From Bigelowiella natans CCMP2755 (taxonomy: Eukaryota; Protista; Cercozoa), in contig ADNK01002106.1 in the NCBI GenBank assembly GCA_000320545.1, positions 1-64,000 on the forward strand: a DNA stretch of 64,000 nt, in the 5' to 3' direction. A program made the translations under genes and the position numbers. The notes beneath the pieces are model-generated. The model had not been told where the DNA came from, searched no databases, and saw only the letters and a program-made list of their open reading frames with translations. Below, one piece after another: positions 17,509-31,775 of this stretch (within the stretch, counting starts at the first letter, position 1; every line of letters begins with the position of its first letter).

Positions 17509-18142
17509 CTAACGTACACGCTACGCAGTCGAGGAGATCAGTGATGCACTTAGAATAATGTAGGCGTTTGTTGTCATTTTTGAGCGGCGCGGCATACATG
17601 ATGAGCATGTTAGTTGTTGCGTGTAATGAAAGTAATAAACTGGATTCAAGTTTTAATAATCGAACCGTGTATTGGATCCACGCAGAATAAATATTTCCGG
17701 CTACGGGCCCATTTGGATATCTAGATATGCATGTAGCTATCTAGCTATTTCCTTGTTACTGTAGCTGCATGCTGGCTGGCTTTTTCACTCTTTCTTTGGT
17801 TTCAAATTGTTGTAGTATTGATTTGCATTTTGATGTTCACTGAGCGGGCTTCCTGGCTTAGCTTGAACTGCTGAAGCACACCATCCAAATCATTGCTTCT
17901 TGTAGTGCCAAGCTACATCAGAGTTGCTATACATGCAATGCGCCAACATACAATGCATGTACCGATTTTGTTGATGTCTAAAATTGTAATAGCAAATAGC
18001 TGCTACGCCTCATGAATAATGAGTCACTCGCATCATTATGGCACATTCTTGCATTCTTCTATTTGCTATAATCATGGTAAGATGCGCACTGTGTTGTCGT
18101 GTCCTCGTAGCGCAGCGCAAGCCCTGCTCGCCATTTTGCCAG

Positions 18143-18489
18143 TTAGTCATCGCAACTACGTTCGTCGAACCCTTTTCGTTTGCCGGTATTCGAACAGTTC
18201 TTTTCTTCCTCATTATCCTTGCCTCGCTTCTCTTTCCCATGAGCAACTTTTGCCTTATCGTTGTGACTCACATTGCCGGACGGTGGGACTGAAGAGGAAG
18301 GAGGGTCTAGGGTTGCATCATCATTATCATCTCCTCCTCCTCCTCCTCCTCCACGTGATTCTAAACTTCGTGCGCGTTTAGCTGCCGGAGCATTTGGGTT
18401 CCCTTTGGCATAGAAGCTTTTGAGCAGCGCTATGGCCTGCTGCTCGTCCAAACCTCCGATGCACTCATATCCTAGTCCTTCACTCCGCT

Positions 18490-18544
<55 letters not shown>

Positions 18545-19307
18545 GGGGCAAGGAGGGCGATTGACAGAGTCTCTCACTTACCCTTTAGTCTCTTATTTGG
18601 TGCTCAGCAGAGCTGAATGATCTCAGTCGTGTCAAGTCCTTTCCCTCCCCCCCCTCCCCATCTCCATCTCCAGTTTCTGACCTTAGTGTCGTGGAGGAAC
18701 AGAACTGAGCCGGTGCCTCCAAAGCGGGGATTTGCACACCTGGACATACACGATGCAGTGAATATGGATTTTATTCTCTCTTTCCTCCAATGCGTTTATT
18801 AGTCCTTCTAGATCGAGCAAACGAACCAACGATGGTACCGTCGCCCACATTCATTGATGATGCCCCTCTCCCTGCTACATACAAGGAAAAGTTACTACCC
18901 GTACACAACGCGGCCAATCTTGATGATCCTGTCGAACAGCAAAAATGGCGACTCAGCAGGAGGTGTAGGCGGTTCATCATAAGTACACCCCCCATCCAAT
19001 GAAGTCGTCGTTGTTGTTACCTCAATGCAGCCGCGCACATGATGCAGGGCTCGACAGTCACGTAGAGCTACAAAAGCAAGGCAAAACACACGATAGCAGC
19101 AGCCATTAATGCTAGTAGCAGCCTTCAAAGGCTGCGTAACCTTATTCTCTCCAGATAAAATCACTACGTCAAGGAAAAACAAAAAATCATTGATTTTTCG
19201 CGGTATATGTTGCTAACATGGTCCTATGACAAGGCTAACGGCATGTTTTGCCTCAGTGTGGACGATCAAATTGATTCATCCTAGCGGCGTAGGTAAGCTG
19301 TTCAAGA

Positions 19308-19374
<67 letters not shown>

Positions 19375-19911
19375 TTCAAATTCCCGTCCCTGTCTGTCCT
19401 GTGTGATGTTCTACGCTTTCTACCTCGCAGTGTGGAAAGATGTCCTCTGGTCGTAGCGATGCATCTCGCCCGAGGATCTATCACGGAACGAAACATAGTA
19501 CAACAACAACAACAACAACAATACACAGTGAGACCGAAGGACACGTTTCGTCGCTCCCGAAAATGCCTTCATCGACAATGTGACCGTATAGTTATTGCGT
19601 CACTACATGCTGCAAATCATGGTTATGGCATCTCAAGGGAAAAGATTTAATTGCATTTCCGAATATAAGCTGGGCTGGTGGGATCGACTTATTCTTTATA
19701 GCAACCTGGTCCACAGCCACTAATTCACAGTGCCGAGAAGCATTGCGTGTCTGACATCATTCATCGAAGAGACATGAATCTAAGCGTTTTGGGACGAACA
19801 ACGGAAATTATGATAAACTTTCGAGGCAGATCACGTTTGAGGAAGGTATTTCTTTCTTTCTCTCTCTCCCTCTTTCTCTCTCTCTTCTCTCTTACTCTCT
19901 CTCTTCTCTCT

Positions 19912-19954
<43 letters not shown>

Positions 19955-20325
19955 CTCAGAGGTAAAGCATCGAACACGAACCTTTGTAGTTTCATTGTGC
20001 GTTGCTGCAATAACCCGGTCCGTTCTAAACCAGGATTAAGAGGACAATGCACATAATCTAATCTTGTGTGAGGTTCTCTTGCTTGATGGGATATTTTTTT
20101 TGCATTGGAAGAAAGGCAACGTGGAGTGTCGAATGGATGCTCAAACTGAATGACCTTGTGTCAACAAATACGCATCCAACCGCAACCTGAGGAGAGAGCG
20201 AGGATAAGGAGGATGATGTTGCTACTCCTTTCAAATAGTTTCATTGCACCAACCTCTTCGTCGACGATGGCTTTGCGGGCTGTCTCTATGGCCATTTTCA
20301 TGAACTTTCTCTCTCGGTCCTGCAT
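18143..20325 (-). CDS. ADAT2: tRNA-specific adenosine deaminase catalytic subunit (ADAT2/Tad2), multi-exon
   Basis: Exons give FMKMAIETARKAIVDEE-VAVGCVFV, HNETTK-TRNASRHCELVA, LYVTVEPCIMCAAAL, GCANPRFGGTGSVL and ECIGGLDEQQAIALLKSFYAKGNPNAP. Confidence 0.9.
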
Positions 20326-21046
20326 AGTTATTGCAACAATTATTGGCTAGATTAAACAATTTTATTGCAAAGTTTTAGTGTACAGACCGTCCAATTGTGC
20401 CGGGATCCAGCTTGCATGGTCTCGTTCGCAGTCGTTTCGGTTGAAGCCTGGGGGCGGGGCAAGCAGAACCGATGAGAGAATTGAAATCATTGATACGAAG
20501 CTAAGGAACAACCCACACAGCAAACTTTCACATTCATCTTCTCTTCCTCACCATCGTACTCCAGTCTCAGCCCCTCCAGTGGCTGTGAGACCCTAATTGG
20601 TCCCCCCCAACTGCCTGACGTCGGATGGACGTCGAAAGGAGAGTCGCCTCGGGTTCAGGGGAGGGAGAAATGGACTTCGACACTATTTTTGCATGCGACA
20701 GATATTGTCAAACCAATATAGTTAGAATGCAGGCTATTTCTGATTCGTCGAAATTTTGACAATGAATTGTTAAGTCTGAAACTTGAAGCCTCGGGAAAGA
20801 ATACTTCCGTATGTCCGCCTCCCCCCCCTCCGCACAGCTTAGATTTAGAGATCACGAACCTATTTTTTTCCAATCGGATTCCAGTGTTTATGAATATCCA
20901 CGGAGTGGGAGGGGGGCGGAGGAGGTTTCGTTGTTTTCCTTGCGCCTACAACTAAGTCCCCCAACATGAATGATGCCGCAAAAGGCCAGGCCAAAGCTGA
21001 TGTTCTGATATTTCGTAAACTCAGTGAGACCAACACGCTCTAGAAG

Positions 21047-22271
21047 ATGGCCGCGGAGACTAAGAGGTGAGAGTTAAAACAGACCACAAAAGAGTTCCCC
21101 CTTTATTGCTCAAAAACATATTTGACATATTCTTTATTTGGAGGACAGGCTAGGATAGAGCTGATGTTCTGATGTACCTATCATCGTAAATTCAGTGAGA
21201 CCAACACGCTCGAGCTTCCATTTGCTGATGATTTTCACTTGCATCTTCGGGTAAATTTGTGTAAAGTTTTGCTGGGTCGACATCATCCTAACTGGCGTCC
21301 GTCCCCCGTCTCTCACATGTTGCTGGCATTCATTGTTTGCAGGATGGGAAAGTGACAGCAAGCTGCCTGAAGCAGATGAAAGGGGTAAGTGAGTGAGCCA
21401 CACGTACACTTACTTGCTGCTCTATGAGACAGACACGGATGATGATATTGATGATAATATTGATGGTGGTGATTGTCGTGCTGAAATTGCGCTGCTGCTG
21501 ATGGCGGAGATGATAGATGGGGTCTTTCCAATGCCCAAATATTTTCTTTTCTTCTTCGCAAAAGTTGGGTTACTAACCTCCTCCTTGTCCCCCCCCTCTC
21601 TTGGTAACTTTCGTATCGTTATAGATCGGAAGGGCCATCATCATGCCGAATTTGAAGCCCCCAGTCATCAACACAAAGATGGTACGAATGACAATCATCC
21701 TGAGTATGCTACTGTCGTACTGTACTGTGCTGTTGTTTTCTGATATTTACTCTTTTTATGCTGCTGATACCCCTCATGGCGGCAGTAACGATGATAATAA
21801 TAATGATGATGATGATGAGGATGATGATGATTTTATCACTAATGAAGGCCCTGGCATATCGTGAAAGAATACTGAAAGGGCTACCGGAAGGGATGGAATT
21901 CACGCCTCTGATGACATTGTACGGTGTTGCAAAGTTGTGTAGAGGAGGGGGGCGAAAACACCGTCGATGATGATGTGTTTGGTCTCCATCGTGATCTTCC
22001 CTTTGTTTTGTCAGGTACATGACGGATAAGACGTCCCCGGAGGATATAAAGGAGGCCAAGGCTTCAGGACATGTACGCAACCGCCATTATTCTAAATCGT
22101 CCGACTTGCTTCTGTTGATGTCGTCTGTCCACACTACACACAAATGATGATGACGACGATGATGATGATGATGATGATGATGATGATCATCGAGTTTGCT
22201 CAATGACGAGAGATATAATAACTTGGAGAATAACTACTTCCTCTCTCCTTTTGACGTCTCCTCTCCGCCTC

Positions 22272-22318
<47 letters not shown>

Positions 22319-22325
22319 CCCCCCC

Positions 22326-22358
<33 letters not shown>

Positions 22359-22681
22359 GCGCGCGCGCGCGCGCGCGTCTGCGCACATACCTTGTATTCG
22401 AAATTGCGATGCGTTCATCGTACTTGTTGTTGTTGTTGCTGCTGCTGCTGGAAGGTATACGCTGTGAAGCTATACCCGAAAGGGGTGACGACCAATTCCG
22501 AGTCCGGAGTGACCGACATCAAGAACTGCTTTCCTGCGCTCAAGTACTGCAGTTATACATCGTGTACATGTTTTACTCTGACCGTACTTGATGATGATGA
22601 GGAGGAGGAGGAGGAGGAGGAAAGAATGCAGATGATATCAATAAACATACACGCATGTCCAATATATGTCTTACCTATACC

Positions 22682-22726
<45 letters not shown>

Positions 22727-25267
22727 AGAAAGAGAAAGAGAAGGGAGAGAGAGGCACTGAAGTATGCGGGAGTTAGGGAGCGCAGGGGTCGTATTGAGTG
22801 TTCTTGTTTGCTGCTTTGGTTCTTCCTCACTCTAGGGAGATGGCTGCAATTGGCATGCCGCTTCTGATCCACGGCGAGGTGGTGGTGGTTATGCGGAGTA
22901 GTAGTAGTAATACGATGTTCAAGTTGAGATGATGACTGTGGAAGAAATAACAATATTATCATGTAGGATGCTGATATTGAGATAGAGTGTACCCTCTCTG
23001 TCCCTCCCTCCCCCCCTCCCCCCCTCCATCATCATCCAGGTGTTTACTCCGAGCGTAGATTTCTTTGACCGGGAGAAGGTCTTCCTCAAGGTGGTATGCG
23101 TACATGTACGATTGAACACTGCCCATCGATGCCTTGATGATGATCGATACGCATTTCCTCCTAATTATCTCGCTGGCTTCCTCCATATCTCTTGCTCCCC
23201 TCCCCCTCCTCCTCCTCCTCCTCCTCCTCCTCCTCCTCCTCCTCCTAATACTCTCCCATCAGGAGGTAATGGGGCCTGTCGTGAAAGCGAACCCGAAGTT
23301 GAAAGTGGTCATGGAGCACATCACAACCAAGGTTAGGCCAGCAGCAGCAGCACGTTATGATCATGATGACGACGACGAGTCACATTAGATGGCATCGTAC
23401 TTTGCTTTCTAGCTGAACTACAACTGCTACCGCTGCGGCTTCCATCTGATTATTGAAGTCCCTTGGCATTTCTCGTTCCAATCCCCCCCTCCCCCCTCCC
23501 CATCTTCTCCTCAGGATGCCGTTGAGTTCGTCTCAAAGTGCGGCCCACTGGTGGGGGCAACTATCACGCCGCACCACATGTTATACAATCGAAATGCCAT
23601 CTTCAACAAGGTGCGGTAGTAGCAGTAGTAGTAGTTGTAGCAAGAGTGATAGTAGCAGAAGTAGCAGCTGCTGCAGCGGGGAGAGCATCATTGCTTTTGC
23701 CACGTCGATCCAAAATTGACTCGGAAACCATCGCAGGGCGATGATAACGCATACTTTTTGTGCTAGGAGGCATGCATGGTGGCATGCATGGTGTTTAGGA
23801 ATAATAAGGCCTTTTATGTGATGCTTTGTTTTGTGTCAACAACAACAACAACAACAATAACAACAACAATAACAACCGCCACCAAGTATTAGCATAATCC
23901 TCCATCTCCTGGTGTTCCTCTCCCTCCTGGGTTCCTCCTCCTCCTCCTTCTTCTTCTTATCATTATTATGATCAGGGTCTCTGTCCGCATATGTTTTGCC
24001 TCCCCATCCTGAAGCGTGAAGAGCACCGGTATGCTACCTCTTCTCCTCTCTCCCCCTCCTCCTCCTACTACTATTACATCTGGAGGAAAGGGTCATTCTC
24101 GAGGTTGAATCTCCTTGCTACGTCCGCTCCTCCTCCTGCCCCCCCCTCCTCCTCCTCTTCTTAGCCTGGCGTTGGTGGCGGCAGCGACCAGTGGAAACCC
24201 CAAGTTTTTCGCCGGAACCGACAGCGCGCCGGTGCTTATGCTGCGACATCCACCAAATATCGACTCGAACGTGTGCAGAGACACGCATGCACATACACGC
24301 TCATCGCAAGCAGCATTTCAGAGAACGCACTGCAAGCCCGGATTTGCGCTTTTAACTGTTGTTGTGTATGGTGATATGATCTGCAGCACCCTCGGTCCAA
24401 GAAGGAAAGCGCTTGTGGATGTGCCGGGTGATAATTATTATTGATTTCTATCATCATTGTGATTGTGTACAACAATAAATAGATGACAATGGGCCGACAG
24501 GCCTGACGTATGGGAGAGGGGGGGAGGAGGAGGAGAAGGAGGAGGAGGGAAGCGAGGATGAGAGTGCGAGAAAAACAAATTACATCAAAATTTATCAAAA
24601 TTTCCCACTCCGCCCGGCTCTCCTCCTTGTTCACTCCTCACTCTTCTGCTTTGCTACTCGGCAATTCGTTGTTGTTATGCCTTGGGAATTGGTGTTGTTG
24701 GTCGCCCCTTGCGCGATGCCAGATGTTACGTGGGCTTTGCATCGATCCAATTATACGCGGAAACATTCGACAAAGAAGGTGCCTGCTGTGGCCGTTATCT
24801 AGCTTGCCCCTCCCCCCCTACTTCTCGCCACTCACACTCGCTCAAGACTGTTATGTTTTTATAGGCTGCGTGTCGTGTTCATATTTGCGTGTATGTTCTC
24901 GTCGCAATCCAGGTAAAATGGACAAGCTGAAGGCCTTCCTATGCGAGAATGGCTCCAAGTTCTACGGGCTCAAATCATTCACCCAGCCGAAGATGAAGCT
25001 CGAGAAGAAGGCGTGGAAGGTATGTGATACCTATGCCTCGGGCATGAAGACAATGCATGTCTTTGCACCAACCCATCTTTCGCATGTGCTGATTGGATGT
25101 GAATGAATGTGGAAGCAGCAGGGGTGATAATGTCCAAACATAGATTCTTCCTCCTCTGTATTATTAAATTGTACGTGCAGGTGCCCGACATCTTCGAGCT
25201 TGGCGACGACGTCGTTGTACCACTAAGAGCTGGAGGGGAAATCGAATGGACTCTGTCTTCGCTTTAG
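21047..25267 (+). CDS. Dihydroorotase, homodimeric class II (PyrC/URA4 type), multi-exon
   Basis: DDFHLHLR, IMPNLKPPV, FTPLMTLY, AVKLYPKGVTTNSESGV, MPLLIHGE, FDREKVF, KVVMEHITT, ATITPHH, FCLPILKREEHR, KFFAGTDSAP, NGSKFYGL. Stop TAG at 25265-25267. Confidence 0.95.
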
Positions 25268-26203
25268 CGGCCGCTGCCATAATCACCAGTCATGTATGAT
25301 GTACACGTTTGATCAGTGGCCTAAGTTTGTATAAGCTATATGTGCATCCACGCGAATGCATGCTTCAATATGCACAAGTATCACAATAGGTGTGTGTGTT
25401 TTCTGTACAAAAAACTGGTAGTCCATGTAGCAATAGCTATACCATATACACAATGCGTACGTACAGGGTGTAAAATCAAGGAAATGTTCGGCGAATAAAT
25501 GAGAAAATAATAACGTTTGTTATACTTGCAATACCATGCCAAATTATGTAAGCGCTTTGCAAAAACTGCAAGCAAATTGGGGAATATTAAATACATGTGT
25601 GAACAAGCAGCACTTGCTGATAAACTCTTTTGTAAGCTAGACTTACCAAATTGAAAGGCAAATGAAGTACGTAGCTAAATAAAATTGTCGAAATTTGAAA
25701 AAAAATGACGCTGCAAGGATTTATTACCCAGAATACGATAAACGTTAGCTAAATTTAGATCGCCCACTTGTTGACCATGCACTGTGCGCTGTGCATTGAT
25801 ATAGCGTTAATTTGTTTGCAGGAGCTCAAAATCGCGCAACAAAGCAAAATTATCATCAAATGCCGCCAAAAAATATTACAAGGTGAGGCTGTGCTGCTCA
25901 TGTTAGATGTCTTTGCATTTCCCCCGTCTAGTTTGCGTAAGAGCATCAGGCCGTGCATGACATATCGAATCGAAATGGCCGTACAACGATTCTAATGCCA
26001 AAGGAACTACCAAATATCGCACGTGCCATATTACCCCTCAAGTGCAAACGCAGCATCGCTTGTATGTGATGTGATGGAGTTTGGAGAATAGCAGCCTAGC
26101 TTCCCCTATAGGATCACCCAATCACGCAATCACGCATGGTTTCGCGAGACAATAGTAGTCGAAACTCAAGCAAGCCGCGAAGGAACCCGGCGGTCTGTGA
26201 CAG

Positions 26204-27512
26204 CTATCCTCGTTGTCGCTTGTTGCTCCTGCATGTCTGCTGCTGCTGGGAGCGGAACAACTCATACCGATCCCGCATGTAATTCTCCATGTAGGCTTTG
26301 AATTGTCGGTCCGGCAGGTTGCCGTAGGATGGCAAGTAATTCACGTCGACGACGTGGTAAGATGGCTCCTCCTTTTCCTCTTCCCGCCCGAAACTGTGAA
26401 GAGTAATATCTTTATTTCCAGTTACGACGTCAATTTACAGTGATGGAGACATCGTCCGGGCATGCATGCTCCATGCCCACGCCGCCCCCCCCCCCATTCT
26501 TTCTCATCTCATTCACTGATTTATGCATCGTTTGATAATACGTGGAGGTGAAAACGAAGCATCGAGTCCATCGTTGTCGCAGACGAAATTTTTGCATAAT
26601 TCGGTGTCCATGGAGAAACAACTAAAACATTTTGTGCTGACGTTGGGCCTTCCGCCACTCACCTGGGTTGTCTTTCGATTATATCGACTCCAATAGTCCA
26701 CAGTCTGAATTTGTCGGCCACAGAGAGACATATTTCTTCGAGAACGCGCAGCGTCTTGGGGGGTATGGGGGAAAGCTTCTTCTCGTCAAACGAAGATGTT
26801 CCTGCAATAGAATAGCGTGCAGTTAGAGAAGAGCCGTTCTCTTATGGAGGATAAATGCTGCGATGTGCTTTCTTCTTTTTGGTGAGTCTGCCTTGCCTTG
26901 ACGATGGTGTACAAATGGCGTATGGCTGTGCCACTTGACAGCGTGCTCCTCGGATGGGGGCATCGTCGAGGAAGAGCTGGACTCCGCCGTATCACCTCCA
27001 GGACCACGTTGCCCTGAACGAGATGGAGGGCTACTACCGCAGCTATCACCACTTGCAGCAGTAGCAGCAGCAGCAGCAGCCTTAGTCTTTGTTGGGTTCG
27101 TTGTTATAGAGGAGCGGAAGAAGCCTTTCGGTAACGACGCTTTTCGAATGATGTGGCATTTGTAGCCTCCTCCTCCTCCCCCTCGATCACGAGGCCGTCC
27201 TAGAAGGTACACCTGCCAAGCAACCACTTTTTATGGGTAACGAATGATGAGAGGTACAACTTGTAAACATCTCTAACTCGTCCCCTCGCCCCCCCCCCTT
27301 CTTTCTCATTCCCTGTTTAACCCTCACCTCCTCTATCAACATAAAAGTTCCCTGTCCCTGATAAGTGAAGCTCGTAGTTCCGAAAAGGTAGTACAGGGAG
27401 CTTTGATTTGTTTTGTTGCTGGCTAGGAGATGGCCTGAGAAGCAGCTTACTTGCTTCTTTTCTCCACTACTTTGTTGCGGCACTACTACTACTACTACTA
27501 CTACTACTACAT

Positions 27513-27546
<34 letters not shown>

Positions 27547-27609
27547 ATCCGACCTTGTAAACGAAGCCATCATGCTGGATCAGTTCCTGGACAATCCAAC
27601 CGCGCGGCC

Positions 27610-27650
<41 letters not shown>

Positions 27651-28299
27651 GAGGAGGAGGAGGAGGGGGAGGAGGATGGTGGTAACGATGACGACGAGGA
27701 CAGTACTGAGGAGGACGCCGCTGCTGGTGGGGGAGGAGAATGCATCGGCCGCTTCCTGCACGCGGTTCGGTCCTGCACATGTATGGCTTTTCTCTTGCTG
27801 ATGCTTCTACACCCGTCATCACCATCATCAGTGCTGCAGAAATCAGCCTGACCGCATATGTTGCTACTATTATGATTATTATCATTTCTTGACGAGTGCT
27901 TCATGTCCCCCGCCGCTTCTTTCTCGGTCACAACGGGATCTTCTCCTATCGTTGTTGGCGTGGCAGAGGCTACAGATTCGTCCAAGGACTGCAGCAAGCC
28001 GTTCAAATCCTTAGCGATGATCATTCTGACGATGATGATGGATGTTGGAGGCGGGGTTGGAAGCTATGATATATGTCACGATGCTGTGCGTGTCTGTGGG
28101 AGAGGGAAAGTGTGGTGGTGCGCGTATGCAAAGCAGGGGATCTCTTTCTCTCTCTCCCTCTCTCTCTCTTCATAGTATACAATACAGTACAAAGAAATGG
28201 TGGGTCGCAAGGTTAGCAAGCGAATAATTTCCAGAATATTGGTGAATCGTTCGAAATGTTTTGAATTGATAACACACGCAAATATTAAACAAACATAAA

Positions 28300-28339
<40 letters not shown>

Positions 28340-29833
28340 TTATATATGTATATATTTATAATATTTATACTAATATATTAATACTGATGAGATTCAGTGG
28401 TGCCACAGGCAACGTATCGCTTACAGATCACAGGGTATTGCAGCGCTAAGGAGAAGTTGAAGGAGGAGGATGAGAGAGAGAAAAAAGAAAAGGGAAGGGA
28501 ATTGAATGATGGTCATAAGTCATCAGAGTTGTTCGTTAGTGGAAGCGATGCCGTGTTTGTATGTGTTTGGGGTTTCTGGCGATTGGAGGGGGGTGAGCAA
28601 ATGAAGATGGAGACGATGATGGAGACGATAACTACGACGCTATATCCACGACGATTTCGGAGATATATTATTGTTTGCATCAGTGGAGAAGCTGCTTACC
28701 AGCTAAATTCGTCGCAAATTCTGATCTTCGTTGTCGCCAATCGCTCACGCCAATCTTCACGCTCTTTGCGGCACGAAGCTGTATTATCAATGTCACACAA
28801 GAGAGATTGATTATTGCTATCTACACGATTATCGTTCTCTAAATGAAGAGGGGTGCCTTTGGGTGCCTTATCCCTCTCAGGAGGTCGTCAATTTTGCCAC
28901 GATCCAACACGCATCGTATCTGTTGTTCGCAGGTGCAAATGGGGGTGCAACGAAGAACATGAATACACACACACACACACACACACATATTTTTTTCGGA
29001 AAATATACTGGCATACCGCCGAGGGAGGCTCAATTGCGCAGATCGATGGATTTCGTTCTAAGTAGCTCTCCCACCCCTTCCACACATTAGCAAGCAAACA
29101 AAAGTCCATCAGTGAAAGCAATAGGAGCAGGAAGGCCGACATGTTTGGGAAAATACAATTTTTAGAATCCGGTGGATAAGGCGATTAAACTACCGACGAT
29201 TACCTCAACAATAGCCGTTGCCCTGTCGTCTGCATGGAACAAACTGCGAACAACCCAGTCGTTTGGCTTTAGCAGAATTATATCGAAGGAGCCTGTCAAA
29301 TTCAGCCATCCCCACCCCATCCACACTATAGTTACTTTTCTTTTCTAAACATAACCTTCAAAGATGGATTCAAATTCGTAGCATTTGAAAACTACAGCAT
29401 TAATTGCGATTATGGGTGAGTGTAGTAAAGTATAGCATTAATTGTGATTTGGGTGAGCGTGAAGGATGGACCACCTTGGTTCTCCAGCGGCTTCTCGATG
29501 CTCAGAGCTGTATATCGGAACGCCATCTTTGCAAAAAACCCAGCGGGCAAGAAAATGGGTGGACAAACAATGTGCGGATCAGGGAGGTGGATTATTCGAA
29601 AGCATCGATACTTTTTTTAACATTTTATCTTTGTTGCACATACTTGAGGCTGTTTCTCCTCCGCTTCATCCCCGCTGGAAGCAGCAGCCACCGGTTCTTG
29701 TCCGGAGCAGAGCCGTTTCAGGAGCTTTTGCACTTTCGATGGTTTCATCAATATGCCAACCGTTAGCACTCTACGGCCCTCCATTTGGAGTTAGTTTGTT
29801 CCACAGCCCTGTCTGCCTAAAGCGAAGCGGCAT
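26204..29833 (-). CDS. ITPK1: Inositol-tetrakisphosphate 1-kinase (ITPK1, ATP-grasp), multi-exon with low-complexity insertions
   Basis: Exons give SIEKPLENQG-SFDIILLK, YLERNPSICAIEP, VLDRGKI, YPVICKRYVACGTTESH, IVQELIQHDGFVYK-VYLLG, IGVDII and YHVVDVNYLPSY. Confidence 0.85.
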
Positions 29834-30180
29834 TCACTGACGGACTGCTTCCGGACTGCATTTCGGAAGCGCAGAGAAGTAAACAAAATGTTAAGAGACT
29901 TCTGGTGTTTTTTGTAGCCGAAATACCATAAAAACCAGGAGATTTCAGGTCAACTTTCCGAACAAAATCTCCAGAAAACGGGAAGGGAAGGTGTGGATTG
30001 TTCCGGAATTTGTTGGATACTTGTTGAACATTTGTGCTTAAAACATCTGCACAAATTCGAATTAAAATTTAAATGTGTTCAAATTTCAATGCTACGATGA
30101 GCTGTCATCAGATTGTGGACGCACAGTTTTGGGTTAGTCTTCGCAGTAAAAACATGGATGACAATGACACATTGCCAGCA

Positions 30181-31380
30181 AATTCTCGAGAATTGGCACG
30201 GGTGTCAAAACCCAAAATGAAAAACACGACGGGTCAGCGTGCCAATGAGAATGAAGGCAATGGAAAGTGAGGTGTGCAAATTCAAAAGTAGACTTTGTGG
30301 TGTGTGGTGCCTTCAGTCAAAACATGGGGTCATGCCAAAGGGATGGACTCAAAGTGAGGTGCCTTTGATCTTCAATTTGTCGTGCACTTTCATCTTCTTT
30401 GTGAAGACAATTTTGGCGATTGTTAAGGTGAACGTTCCGCATGCTGGAAATTGCATCTGATGATCAGCAAAAAGAAATTCAAGAAAACATCGATGGCTGA
30501 CTGATGCAAGTGGAGAAGCTGAGACAAGATTTGACCAAGCAATTTGGTGTGCATTCGTGTCTTTGATTTCACGTTGACGATCATTCGAAAAAAACAGCCC
30601 CCTCAATCACTTGAGTGATGATCCCTGATTTTCTTCATTGATCACCCTCAATGCATTTCATGTCGATCTGAGTCCAAACAGTGCGGCACGATCGTCACGA
30701 GCTGCTGTGTTGCATCAACCCTTGTGATGTGACAGTGGCATCATGCGAAGCAAGTTGAAGCCATGTGAGACGAATGCAATGAATGAGTTGAACTAGTTCA
30801 ATGGTTGAGCAGCGCGCAAGCAAGGGAAGCAAAGCACTTGTGTGTGCTGCAATGATGAATGTGTGAGTGATGTGTTTTGTACATGGACATGTATTTGAGT
30901 GCACCAACCCGCACAAGAAGAATCACAGGATGTTCATGTTCTGCGACAACTCCAATCCTGCGAGGTTGGTTCGATCGACAAGCCGTCAATGTGTGTGTGA
31001 CGTGGGAAGTCATCGTTGGGGCGGCATCATCGATCGCAGAGCCCACATCAGGGCGGAGCTTGAAGAGGGGACGTCACGAAGCAGATGGCGGGTTCGGTCA
31101 TTAGCAGGCGATTCTGTTTGTTTTTTTGGGGCGTGGTGTCTGAGCACGCTCAAGAGGATTTTTGGCGATCAAGAAGACACAAATGCCGTGCCATGCACGT
31201 GTTTTCACACGTCACACCACGTTGAAGGCTAGGCGGTGCATGCCTCAATTCCACTGTGCGTTGTCCTGGAGTTTTGGGTTCTTGCCTTGCAATGCACTGC
31301 GCATCTGTGCACGCACACATTCATTGTGCGTGTGCATGCATCATTCCATCCAGCTAGCACAGCACAGAGGCGCTGGTGTT
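30181..31380. pseudogene. Degenerate TpA-depleted relic (decayed gene or mobile element, identity unknown)
   Basis: Manual count gives 8 TA in 1200 bp, 5 of them followed by G. No recognisable product. Confidence 0.4.
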
Positions 31381-31775
31381 TGCATGAGCACTGAGCACTT
31401 GCTCGCATCAGCGCTCAGATGTGTGCTCAGTAGGTAGCTGTAGGCAAGCGTGGGTTGCTATGAATAGCTTGCGGTTATGCATTAACGCGCATTGTTAACG
31501 TACGTGATCCCTGTCAGCATTCTTTGTGTTCGCAAGTCACTAGTGTGAACACATGTGCAAACGTTGCGCACAGTTTATTAGAGAGAGCGCAGCTTCACAT
31601 GGGCGGTGCTAAGCGTAGCAGATCAGCACAACATAGTTCTCGGACATTCAAGTGATCAAACGTTCATTAAAACGTTGTTGGACAGACTTGAAACAAATTA
31701 ACTATTATCTCTAATGACATCATCTAGGCGAGACTTTAAGGAAAAGCATGAAAAGCTGATCTAGTTGGAATTGGT

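Noticed and set aside
18143-20325. ADAT2 as the cause of the TpA-loss signature
   Set aside because: TadA-family enzymes favour TA contexts, but this gene looks like the ordinary housekeeping orthologue and proximity is not evidence.
30181-31380. CpG-methylation decay or fungal RIP as the explanation of CA/TG excess
   Set aside because: CpG is still common and TpA is depleted rather than enriched.
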